Shown in pieces: positions 1-11,739 of a stretch of DNA of 35,984 bases (positions are counted from its first letter, which is position 1; the number at the start of each line of letters is the position of its first letter). Source of the DNA: Octopus sinensis (Eukaryota). The stretch covers positions 1-35,984 of the forward strand of contig NW_021826220.1 of NCBI RefSeq assembly GCF_006345805.1, read 5' to 3'. The translations under genes and the position numbers were made by a program. The notes under the pieces are model-generated. The model saw nothing but the letters and a program-made list of their open reading frames with translations. It was not told the DNA's origin and did not search any database.

Positions 1-54
1 AATTGCTGGCCTTGTGCCAAAATTTGAAAGCATTATTATTATCTTCATTATTAA

Positions 55-272
55 TGAAGCAAGCTGGCTGAATCATTAGTGCATCAGACAAAATTCTTGG
101 CAGCATTCCTTCCAGTTCTTTATGCTCTGGTTTCAAATCCCACTGAAGTCTCGACTTTGTCTTTCATCTTTTCAGGATCAATAAAATTATGTACTAGTCA
201 AGGACTGGGTTTTGTGTGATCAACTAACTCTCCCTACTTAAAACTGCTAGCCTTGTGCTGAAATCGGAGACT
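55..272 (+). mobile_element. Degenerate tRNA-derived SINE, family A (A2 tail); the tail of a preceding copy occupies 1-35
   Basis: A-box-like agctggctgaatcattag, B-box-like ggtttcaaatccc, central gactttgtctttcatcttttcaggatcaataaaa, tail aaaactgctagccttgtgc then (TTA)n; same layout as many other copies here. Confidence 0.8.
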
Positions 273-351
273 ATTATTATTAACCGAGCATTTTAGAGAT
301 TATTATTATTATTATTATTATTATGATTATTATTATTATTATTATTATTAC

Positions 352-962
352 TTTTTTTTTCTTCTTTCAATTTGCTTCCATCTTGCCGAGTGTCTTCCTG
401 ACTCCTAGGGCAAAGAAAACTCATAGTATACATTGGTAGTCCATTAAACCAAACTCAATAGTTCGTTCATTTTTTTAGTTAAATTAAAATACATGAGCAG
501 CAACAGTTCTCACATCGACAATGCTCTTCTCAATACGTGTGATGTAGCAGTTAAGACAATCTTTTGCACTTCTTGCAGGTGATGGTAAGCCAGATATCAT
601 TCTCATATAATTTTCGGTTCCCTTCTTGATCATTCCTATGCTCCTATGATCACTGGTATTGTAACCGCCTTGAATGCCACATTTTCTCAATTCAATGAGT
701 AGTCTTGATATTTTCTGAGCTTGTCAAACTCTTTCGCTGGAGATAGTATGGTCACAGGGGATGCTCATGTCGATCAATAAGCAAACTTTATTGTTTTGGT
801 CTTTCACAACAATATCTGGTTTATTGGCCTTGATGGTTCGGTCTGTATGTATTGGAAAGTCCCACAGAATGGTTACATTTTCTCCTTCAGTTACAGCCTC
901 AGGGTGGTGATTATACCACTTGTCGGCAGTTTTGATATTGTAATGCCGACTTATTAGCCAGT

Positions 963-963
<1 letters not shown>
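352..963 (-). mobile_element. 5'-truncated R4/Dong-like non-LTR retrotransposon: RLE endonuclease C-terminus (frameshifted), 3' UTR and poly(A)
   Basis: With frameshifts corrected the minus strand reads HWLISRHYNIKTADKWYNHHPEAVTEGENVTILWDFPIHTDRTIKANKPDIVVKDQNNKVCLLIDMSIPCDHTISAKEFDKLRKYQD.LIELEKMW..KAVTIPVIIGALGMIKKG...LQEVQKIVLTATSHVLRRALSM*, stop at 510-512. KWYxHxPE, ILWDF, KPDIV and IPVIIGALG are typical R4-clade motifs. A-tract at 352-360; (TAA)n on both sides. Confidence 0.9.
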
Positions 964-997
<34 letters not shown>

Positions 998-1019
998 ATC
1001 ATCATCATTATTATTATGT

Positions 1020-1230
1020 ATGGCAGCAAACTGGCAGAGTCGTTATCACATTGGACAAAATGTTTAGAGGCATTTCTTCCAACTCTTTATATTTTGAGTT
1101 CAAATTCTACTGAGATCAGCATCATCTTTCATACTCTGGGGCCATAACATAAAATAAAATACAGCTAAGCACTGGGGTTAATTATCCCCTCCCCCATGAA
1201 ATTGCTAACCTTGTGCCAATTTCGAAGCCG
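1020..1230 (+). mobile_element. SINE family A (A2 tail), degenerate
   Basis: aaactggcagagtcgttatc head, gagttcaaattc B-box, aattgctaaccttgtgcc tail; directly follows (TTA)n 964-1017. Confidence 0.8.
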
Positions 1231-1321
1231 TTGTTGTTGTTATTACATACCATCAGGTATGTAGTTGCTTGACCTACTAGAAATAGCAGCTAAATCTCAC
1301 TCAAATCATAAAACTCAAGCA

Positions 1322-1470
1322 TTTTGAGTTCAAATTTCTCTGAAGTCAATTTTTCTTTCATCATTTGAGGGTCAATAAAATTAAACACCATTTGAGCACT
1401 GGGGTTGATACTATCAACTAGTCTCTGCACCCAAAATTGCTGGCCCTGTGCCAAAATCTGAAACTAATAT
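1322..1470 (+). mobile_element. SINE family A, 5'-truncated
   Basis: gagttcaaatttc...gggtcaataaaattaaacacc...aaaattgctggccctgtgccaaaat. Confidence 0.75.
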
Positions 1471-1796
1471 TGTACAAGAATATAAAGAATTTCTTCAGAA
1501 AGTAGAGTCAAAGAAATTTCAATTTCACTGTATGAATGGTTATATATTTTACAGATGCAAGGATGAAAGTTTTTTTTAGAAAAAAAAAAATTTTTTAAAA
1601 TGAATTCTTTTGAGATTGGAACTCACGGCATAAAGGGACATAACTAAATACCTCAAGGTATTTTGTCTGATGCTCTACTGATTCTGCCATTCAACAACTG
1701 AGAGTAATAATATCATTAGAAATAGATTTTGCTATATTTCTTAATTTTGTGTTGTATGATAAGAAAAGCAATAATGCTTTTAATAATAAGATGAAG

Positions 1797-2001
1797 AACC
1801 ATCCTTTCTATTATAAGGCACAAGCCTGAAATTTCGAGCAAAGGGCCTAGTCTATTACATCAACCCCAGGGCTTAATTGATACTTATTTCATCAATCCCC
1901 AAAAGATGGAAGGCAAAGTCAACCTTAGCAAAATTTGAACTCAGAACGTAAATTTTGCTAAGCATTTTGTCATCTGGTGTACTAAGAATTTTGCAAGTTG
2001 G
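1797..2001 (-). mobile_element. SINE family A (A2 tail)
   Basis: Reverse-complement landmarks ggcacaagcctgaaattt, aaggcaaagtcaacc, aatttgaactcagaacgt. Confidence 0.8.
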
Positions 2002-2249
2002 ATGTTTTAATGATAATGATACAGAAATGAATTTGTTTCTCTGAATATTTATAATATTATTGTTTATTATTTTATATACTTTTTTTTTTTTTGCAACTCA
2101 AAAAGTTCATCATTGGAATTTTTGCCGATATCCTGTATTCTCTTTTCCTTCATCTCTTCTCTCTCCTAAACACCGCTTCTCTTCTCTTTCAGTGTTACTC
2201 TCTCTCTTTCCATTCCTTACTTCCTTATTCAGTTTGTCTATCCATCCAT

Positions 2250-2273
2250 TCATATATATATATATATGTATGC

Positions 2274-2309
<36 letters not shown>

Positions 2310-2526
2310 ATGCATGCGAATATATGCATGTATGAATAGATGGAAATGTATAGCTAGATGAATGGACATACATACATATATACATACATACACACACACA
2401 CACACACATACATACATACATACATGCACACACACATACATACATATAACATACATACACATACATACACACATACATATAAACATACATACATATATAC
2501 ATACATACACACATACACACATACAT

Positions 2527-2557
<31 letters not shown>

Positions 2558-2820
2558 TACATACATACATACTTACATACATACATATACACACACACAT
2601 ACATACATACATATATACATACATACACACACACATACATACATATAAACATACATACATATAAACATACATACATATATATATACATACACACACACAT
2701 ACATATAAACATACATACATATATACATACACACACACACACACATACATACATACATACATACGTACACACATACATGCAACACACACACACACACACA
2801 TACATACATACATACAAATG
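2250..2820. repeat. Compound (TA)/(TG)/(CATA)/(CA) microsatellite field
   Basis: Visible directly; accounts for all ORFs called in 2060-2823. Confidence 0.95.
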
Positions 2821-3233
2821 CATATGTAATATATATTGATGTTAATAATTAGGGTGTAGTCTAGACTACAACCTTATGGAATGAAAGAACTCAATACATT
2901 GGTAAAGATTTATTACGGGAGCTGGAAGGTGTGTGTGTGAGAGAGAGAGAGAGAGATATTGCAAGGAGCTATCTGTTCCTCACTTTTGTTATTTTTCTCT
3001 GCTTCTGTCATTGTCCCCCTTGTCATCGTTGTCAATCCTCATTGTTAGACTGTGTTGGTGGTGTGGTGGTGGTGGTAGTGGTGACGGTGATGTTCGTGTT
3101 GGTGTTGTTTTAGCGTCACTTGTCAATACTACCAACTTCTAGTTAAGACATCCATAGATTTACTGCTGCTACTGCTACTACGACTGCTACTACCGTAATT
3201 CTGTACCAACTTATACATACATTCATATACATC

Positions 3234-3283
<50 letters not shown>

Positions 3284-3350
3284 GTTAAATTCCTCTATTT
3301 ACATAATATCGAGGTCTCTTTTTTCTTTTGTTGTCTTACCGTTTTTATCA

Positions 3351-3385
<35 letters not shown>

Positions 3386-5018
3386 TATTCACACACACAT
3401 ATACACATACATACATACATACACATACATACATACATACATATATACATACATATATATATATATCCACTGTTCTACTACGACTGATGCCTCTACATTA
3501 CTCTTAAAGCAAGACCAAAACAACAACAACAACAACAACAGCACCAGTAGTAGTAGTAGTAGCATCAACAGCATTATCACCACCATCCACTACCAAAATC
3601 GACATTATCAGCAGCCACAAGTAGGCTTTAGAATCTCTTCGTCTCTCTCCTACCTTACACACACACACACACACACAACACACACTTTTTTTTTAACGAA
3701 AAGAAAAGGAAAAAAGACGAGAAGAAACACACACACTCATATATACATACATACATACATATGCATACATATATGCACACGCAGGCAGGCACACACATAC
3801 ACATACACGCACATGTACAGCTACACACATGCACGCACATATATATATTACACTACCTACCTTTTCATTTCATAAGACAAAGCTGAACTATCATAACAGG
3901 TTGACATATGTAGAGGACTTAACATCGCTTTTTGCCATACCGATTCCTTTTCTTTTGGTTTGTTGACATTGAAAAATGGTCGAACTCGGTAAGGGAATCT
4001 CTTTTCTTTCGATTTGCATCTGATTTCTTCCTCTTCCTTTTTTTTTTTCTACGATATCTGAGTTGGGTTTTATTTATTTTTTTTATTTTATTTTATTTTA
4101 TTTTATTTTATTGCATTTTCTCAATTAACAGCAGACTGTCTGTCGAAATATCTTCATTATTTACTTACACACACACTCACACACACACACATGCTCACAC
4201 ACATATCTGTGTATATGTGTGTATGTGTGTGTGTGTATGTGTGTGTGTATTTGTGTGTTGTGGTTATGTTTAACATTTATATGTGTTTGGAAGGGTACCC
4301 TTGCAGTATATCGTTCCATTATATATATGTATGTATATAAATATATATATATATATATATATAGGCACAAATAGGCACAAGTAAAGCATATTACTCTACC
4401 ACTGGTATTTGAGTACGCTTTTTTCCACCTTGTTTCACATTTATGTGTTTACTCCGGTATATATATGTATGTATATATAATATGAAGAATTGTTTGATGG
4501 ATGTATTGTGTGTGTGTGTATTAAGTGAGATAGACAGATACATGAACATATGTAAACAATATTCCTTACAGAAACACACACACAGACTCACATATACACA
4601 TGTAAAATATATATATATATATATTTATATCACACACATGCAATGACATGTTATAATGACAGATAGATAGACAGTCAGACATATATGCATATGTACATAC
4701 ACACGCATATACATTAAACTGCATATAAATATCAATGTGCACTTTGGTATAAGGGGAAATTTCTGGATATTTTGCTTTGTATAGAGGGGAGACAATATGA
4801 AGGTGCATGTGAATGTGTGTATATGTTTAGGTGTGTGTGCATGTGTGTGTGTGTCTTCACGTTTTTGTCATAACTTGAAATATAGAACTATACCTTACAT
4901 TTCATTCCATTCACCTCACACGGTGGTTATTGCTTGTAGTCTTTTGTAGGTGTGTGATGAACATTTAAACTATATTTGCATGCACATATATACATACACA
5001 TCAGTGTGTTTGTGTATG

Positions 5019-5054
<36 letters not shown>

Positions 5055-5233
5055 TACACACATAATGACAGACAGAGACAGAAAGGTTTACGGATATATA
5101 TGACTGTGTGTTTATGTGTGTGTGTTTGCAATGCTCACACATTTATGTGAATATATGTGCATCTGTAAACAGAGATATGCTTGCATGTGTGTGTGTGTGT
5201 GTGTATTGCATATATAACATAGACGTGTATGTA

Positions 5234-5419
5234 TTGCATATATAACATAGACATATATGCATCTCTCTCTTTCTCTCTTTAGAGAGGGAGAGAAATAAGG
5301 GTATATATATATTGGATATACATGCACATTGTGCTTGCATGTATGTATATATACACACACAAACATGCATATAAGTGTATGTAATATGTCTGTTTGCGTG
5401 TGTGTGTGTGTATGTGTGC

Positions 5420-5464
<45 letters not shown>

Positions 5465-5786
5465 CATACATGTAAGTGTATGTAATATGTGTGTATGTCT
5501 ATGCATAATATAATATATATAGATATGTGTTTGTGTGTGTTGCATATATAACATAGACATATATGTATCTCTCTTTAGAGAGAGAAATAAGGGTATACAT
5601 ATATATATATTGGATATACATGCACGTTGTGTGGTTGCATGTGTGTATATATATACACACAAACATGCATATAAGTGTATGTAATATGTCTGTTTGCATG
5701 TGTGTATATATATATATATATATATGCACACATATACATGTAAGTGTATGCAATATGTGTGTATGTCTATATATAATATATATAGA
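5234..5786. repeat. Tandem duplication of about 306 bp with nested sub-duplications
   Basis: ttgcatatataacatagacatatatg...agagaaataagggtata...ttggatatacatgcac...aaacatgcatataagtgtatgtaatatgtctgtttgc starts at both 5234 and 5540. Confidence 0.9.
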
Positions 5787-5869
5787 CAATTGCTTTTTGG
5801 TGGTCAAGAAGAGGTAGGCAGTTTTGTTAAACTGCCTACCTCTTCTTGACCACCAAAAAGCAATTGTCT
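5784..5869. repeat. Perfect inverted repeat: 41-bp arms, 4-nt loop
   Basis: 5784-5824 agacaattgctttttggtggtcaagaagaggtaggcagttt, loop tgtt, 5829-5869 exact reverse complement. Confidence 0.97.
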
Positions 5870-6077
5870 TCTAATTTACCTAAAATCCCATCCCATATAT
5901 CTGTTATAATATATATATATAATATATATATATATGTGTGTGTGTGTGGTGTGTGTGTTTGTAGTAGGTAATCTTTGTCCACATTTTGAAAGAAACACAA
6001 TTTCCAGCATAGAATATTTTGGAATTTTATTTTTTCATTTTTATTTATTTATTTATTTATTTATATATATATATATA

Positions 6078-6480
6078 GGCGCAGGAGTGGCTGTGTGGTA
6101 AGTAGCTTGCTAACCAACCACATGGTTCCGGGTTCAGTCCCACTGTGTGGCATCTTGGGCAAGTGTCTTCTGCTATAGCCCCGGGCCGACCAATGCCTTG
6201 TGAGTGGATTTGGTAGACGGAAACTGAAAGAAGCCTGTCGTATATATGTATATATATATAAGTGTGTGTGAATATGTTTGTGTGTCTGTGTTTGTTTCCC
6301 TAGCATTGCTTGACAACCGATGCTGGTGTGTTTATATCCCCGTCACTTAGCGGTTCGGCAAAAGAGACCGATAGAATAAGTACTGGGCTTACAAAGAATA
6401 AGTCCCGGGGTCGATTTGCTCAACTAAAGGTGGTGCTCCAGCATGGCCGCAGTCAAATGACTGAAACAAGTAAAAAGAGA
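6078..6480 (+). mobile_element. Full-length tRNA-derived SINE family B (CORE-like domain, internal microsatellite)
   Basis: ggcgcaggagtggctgtgtggtaag A-box, gggttcagtccc B-box, gtggcatcttgggcaagtg resembling the CORE motif of MIR-type SINEs, internal (TA/TG), tail cagcatggccgcagtcaaatgactgaaacaag; near-identical to 25414-25800. Confidence 0.92.
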
Positions 6481-6669
6481 AACGAAAAGAGAAAGATATT
6501 TTTTTTTTTCATCTGGTCATCAATATAACTTCACTGATGAAGCTTAGCAAACATTTGCCTTTCTGAAAGAATCATTGCTTTGTTGTGAGAATTTATATAA
6601 AAATTCCTCTACCTCTCCACCTCCCACATATGTTTGTATTTCTGTGTGTGTGTAAGTGTATAGATATAT

Positions 6670-7780
6670 ATATATCTCTGTATGTATACATAGTATCTGT
6701 ATGTGTATATATATCTGTGTATGTATATATAGGTATGTGTATGTGTATATATATGTGTATGTATATATAGGCCGTGTATGTGTATATTATTGTGTATGTA
6801 TATATAGGTACGTGTATGTGTATATATATCTGTGTATGTATATATATGTACGTGTATGGGATATATATCTGTGTATGTATATATAGTACGTGTATGTGTA
6901 TATATATCTGTGTATGTATATATATGTACGTGTATGGGTATATATATCTGTGTATGTATATATAGGTACGTGTATGTGGTATATATATCTGTGTATGTAT
7001 ATATAGGTACGTGTATGTGTATATATATCTGTGTATGTATATATAGGTACGTGTATGTGTATATATATCTGTGTATGTATATATATGTACGTGTATGTGT
7101 ATATATATCTGTGTATGTATATATAGGTACGTGTATGTGTATATATATCTGTGTATGTATATATAAGTACGTGTATGTGTATATATATCTGTGTATGTAT
7201 ATATAGGTACGTGTATATGTATATATATCTGTGTATGTATATATAGGTACGTGTATGTGTATATATATCTGTGTATGTATATATAGGTACGTGTATGTGT
7301 ATATATATCTGTGTATGTATATATAGGTATGTGTATGTGTATATATATCTGTGTATGTATATATAGGTACGTGTATGTGTATATATATCTGTGTATGTAT
7401 ATATAGGTACGTGTATGTGTATATATATCTGTGTATGTATATATAGGTATGTGTATGTGTATATATATCTGTGTATGTATATATAGGTACGTGTATGTGT
7501 ATATATATCTGTGTATGTATATATAGGTATGTGTATGTGTATATATATCTGTGTATGTATATATAGGTATGTGTATGTGTATATATATCTGTGTATGTAT
7601 ATATAGGTATGTGTATATATATATCTGTGTATGTATATATAGGTACGTGTATGTGTATATATATCTGTGTATGTATATATAGGTATGTGTATGTGTATAT
7701 ATATATCTGTGTATGTATAGATAGGTACGTGTATGTGTGTATATATCTGTGTATGTATATATAGGTACGTGTATGTGTGT
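6670..7780. repeat. 40-bp minisatellite built from microsatellite sub-motifs, roughly 27 units
   Basis: Unit gtgtatgtatatataggtacgtgtatgtgtatatatatct, with exact 40-bp period over about 6980-7600. Confidence 0.95.
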
Positions 7781-8221
7781 ACACGCACACTTATATTGGC
7801 ATAGATGTAACTGATTTGTTTTCTTAAACCAAGAAAAACAATCACTACAGAACAACAACAACAACTCTAAACATACACCATTATTTACATTTGTTGTTAC
7901 TGTTACAGTCTACTTACATCTGTTGTGCTTGTTGGTTACTGTCTACTGCCCCTTTACATCTTTTGGGACTTGTTGATATTGTCCCCTGTCCATTTACATC
8001 TTTTCGTCTTGCTGGTGCAATCTAGTGTCTACATCTGTTGTTGTTGTTGTTGTTGTTGTTGGTACTGTCTACTTCCTATTTACATCTCTCTCTCTCTCTC
8101 TCCCTCATATATATGTATGTATGTATGTATGTATATATGTATGTATGTATGTATGTACGTGTATGTATGTATGTATATATATAGAAAAATATGTATATGT
8201 ATGTATGTATATATATATATG

Positions 8222-8254
<33 letters not shown>

Positions 8255-8423
8255 CATCATCATCATCATCGTCGTTTAACGTCCGTTCTTCATGCTAGCA
8301 TGGGTTGGACGGTTCGACCGGGGATCTGGGAAGCCAGAAGGCTGCACCAGGCTCCAGTCTTATCTGGCAGTGTTTCTACAGCTGGATGCCCTTCCTAACG
8401 CCAACACCACTCCGTGAGTGTAG
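8255..8423 (-). mobile_element. 3' end of RTE-type LINE (3' UTR with (GAT)n tail), 5'-truncated
   Basis: Minus strand ggcgttaggaagggcatccagctgtagaaac...ccaacccatgctagcatgaagaacggacgttaaacgacgatgatgatg; homologous to the 3' UTRs attached to RTE coding ends at 16653, 23086 and 32978. Confidence 0.85.
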
Positions 8424-8449
8424 TATGTATGTATATATATGTATGTATC

Positions 8450-8488
<39 letters not shown>

Positions 8489-9104
8489 ATATATAATATA
8501 TTATATATATTTATATATATATTTATATATATAACATATATGTATGTATCTATATGCATGTATGTTATGTATGTGTATATATATATATGCACATACATAC
8601 ATACATACATGCATATATATACATACATATATGTATGTATATATACATACATATACATATATATACATACATACATATATATATATAAGCTGGTATAAGT
8701 AGGGATGCAAGATAGACCATTTATCAGTTTTTTTAATACCTTCCCTGTTGTTCTGCCATCTGTCTATAATTCTAAAGTCTTCATCTATTTCCTTATTCCT
8801 ACTCTTATAAAATATTTAGTCATAACACAGGGATGTTATTCTCCCTCTTTTATTTGCTATAAAAGTATATATATGTATATGTATATACATGTATATATAT
8901 ATAGGTATGTGTATGTGTACATCACTACTATATGTATATATATATACATGTATATATATATAACATCACTACTCTTTCTTAATCCCCTATATCTTGAGAC
9001 CTGGAGACCAAAAAAAAAAATAATAAATATCAACATTATCACCATGTCCATCATTATTGTCATTATCATCATCATTGCTGGTATAAGGCAGGGAGCTGGT
9101 GGAG

Positions 9105-9545
9105 TCCCCCGAAAATCACTGGCCTCGTGCCAAAATTTGAAAGCATTAAACATATCAAACTGGCAGAACTGTTAGTGTGTCAGACAAAATGCTCCTCTGA
9201 CTCTTTGCCAAGGTTTTCTTTGTATTTCATCCCTTTGGGATTGATAAAATAAATACTATTTGGGTGAGTGGGGTCAGTGCAGTGAAGTAGCTCCCACTCC
9301 CCTTAAATTCCAGGCCTTGTGCATATAGTAGTGATGAGCTGGCATTACTGATGAGCGTTGGAATAAATTACTTGCAATATTTCTTCCAGTTCTTAACTTG
9401 AATTCAAATCTCACTGAGGTGAACTTTAACCTTTGGAGATCAATAAAAAAAAAAATAGAGCACAAGAAAAGAACAAGAATCAGTGACATCAACTAACCCC
9501 TGCTCCTCAAAGTTGCTAACCTTGTGCCTAAGTCTGAGGCCATTA
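9105..9545 (+). mobile_element. Cluster of degraded SINE-A copies
   Basis: Repeated ggcctcgtgccaaaatttg, aaactggcagaactgttag, gaattcaaatctc and ccttgtgcc landmarks. Confidence 0.7.
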
Positions 9546-9842
9546 TTCTTGTTGTTGTTGATCTTGTGACCCAAAATTTCATATTGTCATTTCCAAATAA
9601 TTATTCTCATTAATTAACACACTAATTATCGTTGTCATATTTTTGCTATTGGTGTCCAAGTAATCACCGTTCCCACATAGATTACTTTGACTGTTACACA
9701 AATTATTACCTCAGCATTATCATTATTAGCACATTGAGCAAAATGCTTGGCAGCATTTCTTCCAGTTTTATGTTCTGAGTGCCTATTCTAACAAGGTTGA
9801 CTTTGCCTTTCATTCTTTTGGAATCAATAAGATAAATACCAC

Positions 9843-10071
9843 TTAACCCTTTCGTTACCAACCTGGTTGAAACCGGCTCTGGCTCTTTAATAGAAATGTC
9901 TTGTTTCCATAAGTTTTGAATTGAAATCTTCCACCAAACCTTAGTCACAATTTATGTTCCTAAAACCAGCTGAATGATAACTAAATTATTTTACTAAATT
10001 CTTTGTTATATTTGAAATAATTGAAAGAAACACAGAGCATCTCAAAATAAATACAGTAACGAAAGGGTTAA
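9843..10071 (+). mobile_element. piggyBac-like non-autonomous element (MITE family 1), copy 1
   Basis: TTAA-CCCTTTCGTTAC ... GTAACGAAAGGG-TTAA; 221 bp, non-coding; TTAA flanks with CCC/GGG termini are piggyBac hallmarks. Confidence 0.9.
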
Positions 10072-10210
10072 GTTGTCAGATAAATTCATTCACTCTCGCC
10101 ATTTATTTTAATCCTTTTCAATGTTATCACACAGTGGTTGGGAAGCAGCTTCTTACCATACAGCTTGCCTGGTTCTTGTTAACAATTCCTGATGTTTTAA
10201 ATACTACACC

Positions 10211-10446
10211 TTCACCGGTTTAAATTACCATGGTTGAAACGAGCTTGAAACCGCTCGGCTCTTTATAGAAATGTCTTGTTTTCATAAGTTTTGAATTGAA
10301 ATCTTCCACCAAACCTTAGTCACACTTATGTTCCTAAAACCAGCTGAATGTAACTAAATTATTTTACTAAATTCTTTGTTATATTTGAAATAATTGAAAG
10401 AAACACAGAGCATCTCAAAATAAATACAGTAAAACGAAAGGGTTAA
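10211..10446 (+). mobile_element. MITE family 1, copy 2 (scrambled left end)
   Basis: Body nearly identical to copy 1; right end aaacgaaagggttaa; left end garbled. Confidence 0.85.
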
Positions 10447-10584
10447 GTTGTCAGATAAATTCATTCACTCTCTGCCATTTATTTTAATCCTTTTCATGTT
10501 TCACAAGTGGTGGGAAGCAGGCTTCTTACCATACAGCTGTGCCTGGGTCTTGTTAACAATTCCTGATGTTTTAAATACTACACC

Positions 10585-10815
10585 TTAACCCTTTCGTTAC
10601 CAACCTGGTTGAAACCGGCTCTGGCTCTTTAATAGAAATGTCTTGTTTTCATAAGTTTTGAATTGAAATCTTCCACCAAACCTTAGTCACACTTTATGTT
10701 CCTAACACTAGCTCAATGATAATAATAAGTTATTTTACTAAATTCTTTGTTATATTTAAAATAATTGAAAGAAACACAGAGCATCCAAAAATAAATACAG
10801 TAATGAAAGGGTTAA
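10585..10815 (+). mobile_element. MITE family 1, copy 3
   Basis: TTAA-CCCTTTCGTTAC ... GTAATGAAAGGG-TTAA. Confidence 0.9.
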
Positions 10816-11341
10816 GTTTTGACACCAATATAATCAACTACCCACTCCCCACAAAATTTCAAGCCTTGTGACAATGGGAGAAAGAATTATTATTATTTTA
10901 TTATTAGTGTTTTTGTTCTTGTTACTGTGGTGTTTATTTTCACGCCTTTGCTATCTAGTTTCAAATTTCGTGGGTTTCAGCTTTGTACTTCATCCATTCA
11001 GTGAAATATTGGAGTCTGTTCCTTTTCACCGAAATGTGTCTCAGCCTTGTACCAAGAAGAAATCAGAAACTAGCAGAAGGCAGCAAGCTGGGAGAATCAT
11101 TATCAAATCAAACAAAATGCTTAGTAGTATTTCTTCTAGTTCTCTATATTCTAGGTTTAAATTCTGCCAAAGTCAGCCTTGCCTTGCATCCTTTCAGAGT
11201 CAGTAAAATAAATACCAAATGAATGCTGCGGTTGATGTAATTGACTTACTCCATTCTCTTAAAACTGCTAGCCTTGTACCAAAATTATTTTTAGTAGTAG
11301 AAGGTGGCAGATTGGCAGAATCATTAGGACAGTTGAAAATG

Positions 11342-11577
11342 ATACCTATGTCTTTACTACCCACAAGGGGCTAAACACAGAGAGGACAAACGAGGACAGA
11401 CAAACAGATTAAGTCGATTATATCAACCCGAGTGCGTAACTGGTACTTATTTAATAAACCCCGAAAGGATGAAAGGCAAAGTCGACCTCGGCAGAATTTG
11501 AACTCAGAACGTAACAGCAGACGAAATACGGCTACGCATTTCGCCCGGCATGCTAACATTTCTGCCAGCTCGCCGCC
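11342..11577 (-). mobile_element. Full-length, relatively young SINE-A (A1 tail) nested in an older SINE-A, with an 18-bp target duplication
   Basis: Minus strand ggcggcgagctggcagaaatgttagc...gagttcaaattc...gtcgactttgcctttcatcctttcgggg...ccccttgtgggtagtaaagacat; flanks aggtatttttttctactg / aggtatcattttcaactg (15/18 match). Confidence 0.92.
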
Positions 11578-11739
11578 AGTAGAAAAAAATACCTTGTGGT
11601 ATTTATTTTGTTACCTTGCCTTTCATCTCACTTGGGTTAGTAAAATAAAGCACCAGTCAAGTGTGGCAGTTGATATAATCGACTGATCCCCTCCCATCAA
11701 AATTGCTGGCCTTGTACTAAATAAAAGACCATTGTTGAA

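Larger units (their letters stand above)
9722..10890 (+). mobile_element. One SINE-A split at a TTAA by the MITE composite (left part 9722-9846, right part 10812-10890)
   Basis: Joining the flanks gives aataagataaataccac-TTAA-gttttgacaccaatataatcaactaccc, colinear with intact copies (taagtaccagttaagtattggggtcagtgtgatcgact at 13434). Confidence 0.75.

Noticed and set aside
352-963. R4/Dong element as the mobilising partner of SINE-A
   Set aside because: No shared 3' sequence, and the tails are of opposite polarity ((TAA)n after poly(A) versus (ATT)n).
2060-2823. Stack of overlapping ORFs (MYVC and HTYI repeats)
   Set aside because: Pure microsatellite read-through; the same applies to similar ORFs at 5112-5807, 8395-8710, 18926-19552, 22293-22580, 26137-26672 and 31362-32357.
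3861-4030. Minus-strand first or internal exon ending AAG|gtaggt (...MLSPLHMSTCYDSSALSYEMK)
   Set aside because: The donor is plausible, but there is no acceptor, the peptide is unrecognisable and no partner exon was found.
6593-7864. Long ORFs of 423, 393 and 352 aa
   Set aside because: Translations of the stop-free strand of the 40-bp minisatellite (YTHI repeats); no domain, no splice context.
7880-8090. Minus-strand gtaagt donor suggesting an exon
   Set aside because: Part of a degenerate repeat of tttacatct and (gtt)n units, not coding-like.
9843-10815. Repeat-spacer-repeat layout superficially like a CRISPR array
   Set aside because: Repeats are 225-bp TTAA transposons, the spacers are copies of each other, the context is eukaryotic, and there are no cas genes.
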